Shown one piece after another: positions 9,370-16,448 of a stretch of 16,448 nucleotides of DNA (position 1 is its first letter; each line of letters opens with the position of its first letter). The notes beneath the pieces are model-generated. The model had not been told where the DNA came from, did no database searches, and saw only the letters and a list, made by a program, of their open reading frames with translations. Source of the stretch: Fibrobacterota bacterium (GTDB lineage Bacteria; Fibrobacterota; Fibrobacteria; UBA11236); the NCBI GenBank assembly GCA_043753995.1, contig JAYUVP010000201.1:1-16448 (forward strand), in the 5' to 3' direction. Made by a program: the position numbers and the translations under genes.

Positions 9370-12111
9370 TCAACGAAAACGCGCCGTGAGACTGACCCCA
9401 CTGGCACCTGGAACCACGACACGTTCAGCCGCAAGCACCCCATCGCTCCAGCCCTCAAAGGACTTACCCGCTGCGCGAGCCAGCAAACGCATGGGCAGGC
9501 CTTCAAAGTGAGTACCGCGATAGGATTTTCCTAGCTCAAAGCCTTCCACCAAAATGGAGCCCCCTTCGGCATCCAGGGCGACCTTGACCGTATCACCCAA
9601 GCCATACCATGCCTGCATATGGGAAAGAACGGCCGCAGGTCGACGCTTCAGGAAGTACCGAATATTGTTGTCAGCGATTTTTTGCGTGCCGGTGCCAAGT
9701 TTCCAGCGCAAGGCATCTGGATACTTTTCAGCGGCATGGGCTGTATGCATGCTGTCCAGGACAGCCATAGCATGGTTGGGTTCGAAATTCGTCGCCAGCA
9801 TAGCGCAAAGCCGATTCGCGAATCTTGCCCGCCAAACGAAATTGGTCGATAGCTTACGGAAAAAGACGGTGGAGCGTAGACCATTGGGATAGTCATCCAC
9901 TACCGTGCTGTCTCCTAGAAAGGCGAACATGTTTTGCTCGCCTCCAGGTCCACCCAAACCGAAATCGAGATCAAAAAGCATCATGCGCCAAGGCGTGACT
10001 GGCGAGGTTCGCCGCCAACTGCGCACATTATTCGCTGGCCAATCCGTATTCGAAGACCAAATTTCGGTTGCCAAATAAGTGGCCATATTGTCCAGATCGA
10101 GCATGGTCGCGGCGTGAGCCAGACCGGACGAATCGGAAAGATTCGCAGACATGAACCAATTGACCAAGGCATTCCATCCCGATGCAATGCCAGCCTGCAC
10201 CTCGCCGCCATTCTTCAGCAAATCGATAGCATCGGATGCGAGGCCGAAACGAGTGTCGAGGTAATCGGCATCAAGCTTTTCGCGCATGTCATAAATGCCC
10301 CAATAGCGACCATTGATATAAACCACCACATGACGTGACATTTGGTATTCCAGGTCACGCCCCTCCGTGAGGGCCGTGCCTAAGGCATCGCGCGACAAGC
10401 CGCTGCCATAATCTCCGCCCATATTGCGCAGGCAAAAGCCTTTGAAGCGCGTGAATTCTGGGTGCTGGGGGAAAAGCGGCCACTGGATGCGACGAATACC
10501 ATACTTCTCACGGAATTGAATGGACAGCGGCTTTTTGGCCATGGCCCGGCTCCAATTTCCGAATATGCTTACCCCTGCCAGGGCGCCAAAGGCGCGCCGG
10601 CCATCGGTTTCGTGAAACTCGACATGGGCCGGCAATTCCGTGTCTTCCCAAAAATTGGCGCCAAAATTCGGCACAGCCGCCGAGGCCTTCGGCCCTTTCA
10701 TGTAAAGGCCTTTTATAGAGTCGAACATCGCCACGGAATCGACGATGATGGAAACGATGGGCAAGGATGGCTTTACTTTCACCAGGAAAAGACCGCTTTC
10801 CATCGGACCGGAATGGCCCGAAGAATCAAAGGCGGCGCAAGTAAGGGCGGTCGTGGTGTCGAGGCGAATTCCGTCCTTGGCATCAGGAGAGTTTGCCTTG
10901 GGAGGCCCACCTCCTTTGGCACATCGCACCAACGCTCCGCTCACACCCTTGACTCGTACGACTACGGGTTCGGCATAAAACCCAGTGGGCGTCAGGAAAG
11001 TTGGTGCGGACAAAACCGCGTACGGCGTATCGAGAGGATTGGCAATCCCGGGCGAAGGGGCAAGGCGTTGGGCATAGCGACGCGTAGGAGGCAGTCGCGA
11101 CCAAGATGCCGTCGCCGCCATTTCAGGATATTCCACGGACTGCCGAAAAAGTCCGGCGGTATCTTCCAAGTGAAGAATTCCTCCCTTGCGATGCAATTCG
11201 AAAGAGGCATGCGGGTGGCTCACGGATCGATAAAACCGCAACTCCGTCACGGTGAATCGGTGAATGCCGAAATGGCCCGTGGGCGGGGCAAAATTCATGG
11301 ATGCAAGCCGGCTGAAATCGGTGTGAACACCGAGCAGGGATAAATCATAAGCGTCCAATCGCCGCCCCGTGCCAACCACGCGAATGGAGGTGCCTTGCCA
11401 ACACTCCTGACCGTCTTCACAAAATCGCAAAAGCATTTCTTGACCAGCCGGAATTGTGGCGCGCATCACCAATCGGTCTCGCCCCGAAGCATTCAATACG
11501 CCACCGGGCATACTCATGCCTATTTCCACGGAAGACCAAGAGAGTTGGGTTCCATTGGGATCCCCCAGCACCATGGCGACGCTCAAGGCCGGAATATTAT
11601 CGGGCTGCAAAACCCCTCGCAAGGTGTCCGCAATTTCCCAGGGCCCAAAAGAAGAGCGGCCGGGTGGATTGCTCATGGAATCGCTCCAAGACAAACCCTG
11701 CATGCTAAAGCCGCTTATGGTGTCGCCAGCAGGAATCAGTTTACGGCGATCGAGGCCCGAGCAAAAAATCAAAAGTCTTTGGCCAGCTGGGAGCACGGTA
11801 TCGGGAAGCCTCCAGCCGGGTCCGTCACTCTCTAAGCCTCGCAACCTCCAACCCCCCAGGGGAACGGCCGTATCGGCGACATTGGAAAGCTCAACCCAAC
11901 CCGGGTCTTCTCCCCTTTCATCAAGCAAGTCGATATTGCCCGTTACGATTTCTTCTATCACCAAAGGCGAAAGTGCGATGGAATCTTTACCGGTCGGATC
12001 CGGCGAGATTTCGGGACCGGTATGATCCGCATCCTTAAGACAGCTGGACAAAATCAGGCCGCATAGGGCCATGGCGACGAAAAGGAAGGTGGGGGCAGGC
12101 ATAACAGGCAT
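9370..12111 (-). CDS. CotH-family atypical protein kinase, lipoprotein, with lamin-tail domain, inserted CBM-like domain and Fn3-like domain
   Basis: Lipobox-like LILSS-C. LTD-like LVIEEIVTGN...WVELSN...PLGGWRL...LPAGQRLLIF. Fn3-associated PTFLTPTGFY. CotH motifs LPIVSI, GNWSRAMAKKPLSIQFR, LRNMGGD, VYINGRYWGIYDMREK, NTDWPANNVRSWR and WRMMLFDLDFG. C-terminal FEGWSDG...LTARF resembles a divergent InlB-B/bacterial repeat. RBS GGAGA at 12121-12125. Confidence 0.9.
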   Translation of the reverse strand: MPVMPAPTFLFVAMALCGLILSSCLKDADHTGPEISPDPTGKDSIALSPLVIEEIVTGNIDLLDERGEDPGWVELSNVADTAVPLGGWRLRGLESDGPGWRLPDTVLPAGQRLLIFCSGLDRRKLIPAGDTISGFSMQGLSWSDSMSNPPGRSSFGPWEIADTLRGVLQPDNIPALSVAMVLGDPNGTQLSWSSVEIGMSMPGGVLNASGRDRLVMRATIPAGQEMLLRFCEDGQECWQGTSIRVVGTGRRLDAYDLSLLGVHTDFSRLASMNFAPPTGHFGIHRFTVTELRFYRSVSHPHASFELHRKGGILHLEDTAGLFRQSVEYPEMAATASWSRLPPTRRYAQRLAPSPGIANPLDTPYAVLSAPTFLTPTGFYAEPVVVRVKGVSGALVRCAKGGGPPKANSPDAKDGIRLDTTTALTCAAFDSSGHSGPMESGLFLVKVKPSLPIVSIIVDSVAMFDSIKGLYMKGPKASAAVPNFGANFWEDTELPAHVEFHETDGRRAFGALAGVSIFGNWSRAMAKKPLSIQFREKYGIRRIQWPLFPQHPEFTRFKGFCLRNMGGDYGSGLSRDALGTALTEGRDLEYQMSRHVVVYINGRYWGIYDMREKLDADYLDTRFGLASDAIDLLKNGGEVQAGIASGWNALVNWFMSANLSDSSGLAHAATMLDLDNMATYLATEIWSSNTDWPANNVRSWRRTSPVTPWRMMLFDLDFGLGGPGGEQNMFAFLGDSTVVDDYPNGLRSTVFFRKLSTNFVWRARFANRLCAMLATNFEPNHAMAVLDSMHTAHAAEKYPDALRWKLGTGTQKIADNNIRYFLKRRPAAVLSHMQAWYGLGDTVKVALDAEGGSILVEGFELGKSYRGTHFEGLPMRLLARAAGKSFEGWSDGVLAAERVVVPGASGVSLTARFR

Positions 12112-12124
12112 GATAGAACTTCTC

Positions 12125-12161
12125 CGAATCGATCCAACCGATCAAGTCGGTATCCGATTCG
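12125..12161 (-). promoter_or_regulatory. Imperfect inverted repeat (RNA hairpin) abutting the CotH-gene ribosome-binding site
   Basis: CGAATCG (12125-12131) pairs with CGATTCG (12155-12161). Inner ACCGA (12137-12141) pairs with TCGGT (12147-12151) around a 5-nt loop. There is no U-tail. Confidence 0.45.
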
Positions 12162-12194
12162 TCGTATTTCAGGGACGAGGGTTCACCCACTCGG

Positions 12195-15100
12195 TTATTG
12201 CATGCATTGCTCGGTCCGGATAAAACCCGTCCGCAAGACCACGGTGCGCGTTTGACCGGGCTTGGAAGAATCGGATTTGAATTCAATGTGCCACAAATAC
12301 GCTCCCGTCCCTACCCTGGCGCCTGACTTGTCGCGGGAATTCCAAACCAAATAACTCCGGTTTTTCCCTTTTTCACTGCGGTTTAGGTTTCCTAATTCCC
12401 CACAATGCCCAAAGGTTTGCCGTGAAGAATTCACAAAGGTGCCGAATTGATCAAAGATTCGAATGTCGGCCACATATCCACCATTGGAAACCACTTCGAG
12501 CACGGAAAGGCAGGCGGGAATCTTGGACGTCCCTATATCGCCCTCCGAACGACTATCCCCGCAGGATTGTGCTTCATTCGAATTGACGGTACCCAAGGCG
12601 GGATCAAATCCGAAAGGGGGAATCCAGGTATTGGATTCGGAATTTTCGTCCATGCATCCCCGTGACGCCGGAGTTTCGTCCAGCCCCACCACAGGCGGAT
12701 AAGCCCGCAACCGACTAATGCGGACGATTTTCGAGTTTTCCTCCACCTTAGCGCCAGCGCTATCGGGCCCATTGCCCACGGCATCGGTGAATTCTTTGGC
12801 CTTGGTGTCGAAATACACGCAGTGGCCGCTCTGAGGCAATTCGGCGCTGATATTATTGTCGAAGAGAAAGGTGATTTTCAAGCTGTCTTCCGAAAGAATG
12901 GGCGTTGTCATGACAGGGATTGGATAGGTTGACTTACGATCACAACGCGGTGAGAAGACGCCCAGTTTTTCCCAACGCGGCGGTTTGGAAAGCGCCTTGA
13001 TTTTTTCGGAGAGGGTGAGCACCAGGGAATCTTGCCCGATACCTCGGCAATTTCCCGTGATCGAAAAATTGCCGATTTGGAAAGGGCGCTTCTCGGCTTT
13101 CAAGATATCGGGTCCATCATTGTCCACCACATAAACGAAGCGAGACGTGTCGCTATCGCGCCATTGCGGTTTCAAACCGACAGCTTTGACTTCAACCGAA
13201 GAGGTCACACATACCGAATCACCACTGGCCAGGGTCGAGCCGGAAGCCGAGGGATTGCTGCCGTCAAGGGTATAGGCGATGCGGCTGCCATCGGTTTCGG
13301 ATTTGAGGGAGAAACAAAGCTTGCCCGCAAAGACTAGGGAATCGCCGCGATCAGAGTGAATCTCCGCCACCTTCTTCATCTTTTCAAGATGGAGGATCGC
13401 GGGCTTACTGTCGATGGCGTTTTTTTGCTTAGCGACCACTCGGATGTCGGTGGTTTGATTTACGCATACCGTGTCTCCCGCATATTTGATCTGAAGCGAA
13501 GTATCCGGATTTCCGCCGTCCACGGTATAATGCAATTCCACCGATGGATTCGAGTGGCGTAATTCAAGGCATAACGAGGGATAAAATACGGTGTCACGTC
13601 GATCGAATTCGGGAGCATCCAATTCCACCATGCGGAAATAATGCCTATCGATTTCCGGACTGGAATTCCAATGAGTTTTTTCAGCCTTGGCATGGAAGAC
13701 CGTGGATTGGTCCAAGCATACGCTGTCGCCGCTGCGCAGCTTACGCGCCGACGAATCGAGTTTTTGGGAACCCACGGCCAAGCGAATATCGACATCGGGT
13801 ATGGCATGGGTCCAACGAATGCATGCGGAATCCCGAAAGTAGGTGGAGTCGCCCGGGCGGGATTCGGGTGGGACTAGGTCGGACATGCGAAAGACGTGGT
13901 GCTGCAGGGTATCACTGGGCAACCATTCTGGACCCGTGGCAATGGCATGCAGGTTTAGAGTGGTATCCGTGCAAATTTGACCGCCATTCGGGATGAACTT
14001 GGACCCCGTATCGAGGGAGGATCCATCGAGCGAGTATTGGATTCGAACTCCTTCGGTCGGGGAGGTCAATCGAAAGCAAAGCGAGTCGGCGAAATAAAGC
14101 GAATCCTTTTGATCGACGATGGGTGGGGAGGCTTTTTGGCGCGGGTAGTAACGGTAAGTCGATTTTGGGCTCGACACCCAATGGTTCTTCATCCCTTGCA
14201 CTTGTAAGCTCACGGAATCGTCAACGCAAACGGTGTCACCACTGGCTTTGGTGAAGCTCCGCTTATTGCCATTCACCGAGGTCAAGGTACCCTCGATTTG
14301 AACTCCTGTTGTGACCGAGGATAAAACAATGCAAAGTGACTTTGTGAAATAGGTGGAGTCGCCCGGATCGGCCTGCACTCGCACAACCGTATCCATTTTG
14401 AAAAAGTTTAAGCGCGTGACGGTGCTGGGATTCCAATTCTCCCGGGTGGCTTGGGCTTGTATCTCCGCGGTACGATCCACGCAAACGCCTTGATGATTGG
14501 GTATGTGCGGACTTGCGGTATCGGGTGGACGACCATTCGTGGTATAGCGAATTGTGGAAGAATCCGTGGCGCTGGAAAAGCGGACGCAAAGCGTGTCGAC
14601 GAAATAGAGGGAGTCCACGCGATTAGGTATGGGCGGCGCAACATCGTACCGCTGAATCAAGCTATAAGTGACCCTTTCGCTTGAAATCCAATTCAACTTG
14701 GTGCCGATAAGCCTTAACTGAGTCGTCCGATCGAAACATCGTCGGTCCCCGTCATGGGCATGCAATTCGGACGTATCCGGCAGCCCTCCGTTCAGGGTAT
14801 ACAGAATGTGGGCACCGGGAGTGGAGTCACCAAAAGTCACGCAAAGAGAATCGGAAAAGTATACCGTGTCCTTAACATTCAAGAATGGCTTGGCCACACG
14901 TTCCATTTTGTCATAACGGTAGGAGCCCACATTGCTTGGCATCATACCTGATTTCACGCCCATAACTTTAATAGTGCTGGATTGGGTAAGGCAGATCGCC
15001 GCGCCATTGGGCTTGCTTGGTGAAGTTGAATCAGGATTATTTCCGTTGACCGTATAGCGGATATCAGCTCCTGGCGTAGCGCTGGTAAAGGCGATGCATA

Positions 15101-16448
15101 CGCTGTCCTTGAAATAAGGCTCGGTGATGTCGGGCAATGGAGTGATGACTTGACTTTGCCTGCGATAAGAAAAAGAAACTTCTCGGCTGGTCAGCCATCC
15201 GATTTTTTTTGCGATGACGCGGAAAGTGGTCGAGCGATCGATGCAAGCCATGGCCCCATTGGCTATGGTCCGGGACGCAGTATCAGGATTGCCGCCATCG
15301 GTGGTGAGATGCAAAACAGCACCCAGGGTGGACGAGGAAAAGCGAATGCACAGGGTGTCGTCAAAGAGAGTATCTCGCGCGGTCGCCGTTGGCGCAGCCA
15401 CCACCGAATCGATGGGAATGAAGCCGCCCTCTTCTATGATGGCGCTAGCCCCGATGGTAATCGGCAGGGTATCTTTGTTATAGAATTCAAAGATTTGGAA
15501 TAAGCTGTCCACATCAACGAATTCGGTATGCGTAAGATCCGTATTCACATTGGCTGAGGTCAGACCAATATTCATGCCTGCCGTGGTGACGGTGAATTGC
15601 CCGGAAACCGAGCCGATCGACTGTTGCCTAGCGGTGCCGAAGGCGGGTAAAAAATTATAATAGGTTTGTCCGAGGCCCGATTCAGACATGGCGAAAAGGG
15701 TGCCGCCACGATTAAAATATTGATCGAAACGCAATCGCTTGGCACTCAGGGAGTCCGATCCTTGTCGACTCAAATAGTCCAATCCCGTGCCCACGATGAC
15801 GGCGTCATAATGGCCGTCATTAAAAAGGAGGCTATCCCATTTGGGTAGAAGCGGATTGATTATGATCGGAGCGGGATAGTCTCCAATGCTGGGCCAGACG
15901 AAAGAACTGGTCCCAAGAAAAGCGATGCGGCCCCCTTTACGAATGGGCCGTTCACCTGGAGTCGGAATGCGACCGAAAAACAGAAAATCCAAGCCCTTGC
16001 CTATAAATTCGAAATTCTGGTGATCATCGGCGTCATGGCCGGTCACAATCAAACGCCCCCCAGGCAAGACGACACCAGAATCATTGACGAATACCGTCAC
16101 CGCTTGGGAATATCCAATGCCCCCCAAATTGTCGATGGCCCGAGCCTGGATGCGGTAGCGACCCGCAGGAGCATTGGTCCAGGAAAAGGCATAGGGAAGG
16201 GTGGCATCCGTGCCAAGGAGAATCGAGTCGCGATAAAAGCGAACCTCCGAAACGGAGCCGCTTGCGGCACCCACCGTCGCCGACATAGGGATGGTCGCCC
16301 CCGTCGTATAGGCCGTGAAGTGGGATGGAGCGGTCAGGCGAACCGATGGACCACTCGATACCATGACATTCGAAGTATCTGCGCTCCGTTCATAACTTTG
16401 AAAATCATAGAGGCGGGCTATGAGTTGATGGTTCCCTTGAATCGTAGG
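12195..16448 (-). CDS. Giant multidomain surface/secreted protein (N-terminus outside the window): Ig-like domains, GHDADDH domain, nine chitobiase/beta-hexosaminidase C-terminal-like (Fn3-associated) repeats and a Fibrobacterota-like C-terminal domain
   Basis: Frame has no stop from 16448 to 16365 (PTIQGNHQLIARLYDFQSYERSADTSNV-M...), so it is 5'-partial. Big_7-like Ig domain PSVRLTAP...VSEVRFYRD..LLGTD.TLPYAFSW.NAPAGRYRIQARAIDNLG. Repeats carry TPGA.IRYTxNG..PD..S. C-terminus IRIFDQFG.FV...WNSRDKSGARVGTGAYLW...TGFIR. Confidence 0.92.
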   Translation of the reverse strand, partial: PTIQGNHQLIARLYDFQSYERSADTSNVMVSSGPSVRLTAPSHFTAYTTGATIPMSATVGAASGSVSEVRFYRDSILLGTDATLPYAFSWTNAPAGRYRIQARAIDNLGGIGYSQAVTVFVNDSGVVLPGGRLIVTGHDADDHQNFEFIGKGLDFLFFGRIPTPGERPIRKGGRIAFLGTSSFVWPSIGDYPAPIIINPLLPKWDSLLFNDGHYDAVIVGTGLDYLSRQGSDSLSAKRLRFDQYFNRGGTLFAMSESGLGQTYYNFLPAFGTARQQSIGSVSGQFTVTTAGMNIGLTSANVNTDLTHTEFVDVDSLFQIFEFYNKDTLPITIGASAIIEEGGFIPIDSVVAAPTATARDTLFDDTLCIRFSSSTLGAVLHLTTDGGNPDTASRTIANGAMACIDRSTTFRVIAKKIGWLTSREVSFSYRRQSQVITPLPDITEPYFKDSVCIAFTSATPGADIRYTVNGNNPDSTSPSKPNGAAICLTQSSTIKVMGVKSGMMPSNVGSYRYDKMERVAKPFLNVKDTVYFSDSLCVTFGDSTPGAHILYTLNGGLPDTSELHAHDGDRRCFDRTTQLRLIGTKLNWISSERVTYSLIQRYDVAPPIPNRVDSLYFVDTLCVRFSSATDSSTIRYTTNGRPPDTASPHIPNHQGVCVDRTAEIQAQATRENWNPSTVTRLNFFKMDTVVRVQADPGDSTYFTKSLCIVLSSVTTGVQIEGTLTSVNGNKRSFTKASGDTVCVDDSVSLQVQGMKNHWVSSPKSTYRYYPRQKASPPIVDQKDSLYFADSLCFRLTSPTEGVRIQYSLDGSSLDTGSKFIPNGGQICTDTTLNLHAIATGPEWLPSDTLQHHVFRMSDLVPPESRPGDSTYFRDSACIRWTHAIPDVDIRLAVGSQKLDSSARKLRSGDSVCLDQSTVFHAKAEKTHWNSSPEIDRHYFRMVELDAPEFDRRDTVFYPSLCLELRHSNPSVELHYTVDGGNPDTSLQIKYAGDTVCVNQTTDIRVVAKQKNAIDSKPAILHLEKMKKVAEIHSDRGDSLVFAGKLCFSLKSETDGSRIAYTLDGSNPSASGSTLASGDSVCVTSSVEVKAVGLKPQWRDSDTSRFVYVVDNDGPDILKAEKRPFQIGNFSITGNCRGIGQDSLVLTLSEKIKALSKPPRWEKLGVFSPRCDRKSTYPIPVMTTPILSEDSLKITFLFDNNISAELPQSGHCVYFDTKAKEFTDAVGNGPDSAGAKVEENSKIVRISRLRAYPPVVGLDETPASRGCMDENSESNTWIPPFGFDPALGTVNSNEAQSCGDSRSEGDIGTSKIPACLSVLEVVSNGGYVADIRIFDQFGTFVNSSRQTFGHCGELGNLNRSEKGKNRSYLVWNSRDKSGARVGTGAYLWHIEFKSDSSKPGQTRTVVLRTGFIRTEQCMQ
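13125..15401 (-). repeat. Nine tandem ~84-85-aa protein-coding repeats (~255 nt period)
   Basis: Units begin VAAP, VITP, VAKP, VAPP, VVRV, ASPP, LVPP, LDAP and VAEI. Approximate consensus: P.....D...F..slC..f.s.t.g..i.Yt.dG..Pd..s....G...C.....i.a.a.k..w.sS....y. Confidence 0.93.

Noticed and set aside
10462..11343. 293-aa plus-strand ORF
   Set aside because: Antisense to the CotH kinase gene, with no motifs.
9370..12111. CotH as evidence of sporulation
   Set aside because: CotH-family kinases are widespread in non-sporulating bacteria. This one has a lipoprotein signal and no spore genes nearby.
13125..15401. Periodic region as a CRISPR array or DNA tandem repeat, or as evidence of chitinase activity
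   Set aside because: The periodicity is at protein level with low nucleotide identity. The chitobiase C-terminal-like domain is a non-catalytic module, and no glycoside hydrolase motif is visible.
16362..16364. ATG at 16364 as the start of the giant protein
   Set aside because: The frame stays open to the window edge and encodes the end of a preceding Ig-like domain. No signal peptide follows this Met.

Overview
This bacterial window holds two convergent gene blocks that meet in a 89-bp gap at 6178-6266. The + strand (1-6177) carries a housekeeping 2-oxoglutarate dehydrogenase operon: sucA (5'-truncated), sucB and lpdA, followed by a Cof-type HAD-IIB phosphatase. The - strand (16448 to 6267) carries three closely spaced genes for predicted exported proteins. 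The first is a 5'-truncated giant surface protein (>1417 aa) with Ig-like domains, an unassigned GHDADDH domain, nine ~85-aa Fn3-like repeats that each carry an invariant C-x34-C pair, and a Fibrobacterota-style C-terminal domain. The second is a lipoprotein CotH-family atypical kinase whose lamin-tail domain is interrupted by a 174-aa insert. The third is a thermolysin-like M4 metalloprotease fused to a beta-propeller and a T9SS/FlgD-like tail. The most interesting candidate system is this adhesin + extracytoplasmic kinase + protease cluster, whose first two proteins are rich in D-(S/T)-hydrophobic motifs matching the Bacteroidota O-glycosylation sequon. An FCB-group (probably Fibrobacterota) origin is inferred from protein style only. 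I found no RNA genes, CRISPR arrays or mobile elements. All family calls come from motif recognition, not database searches.
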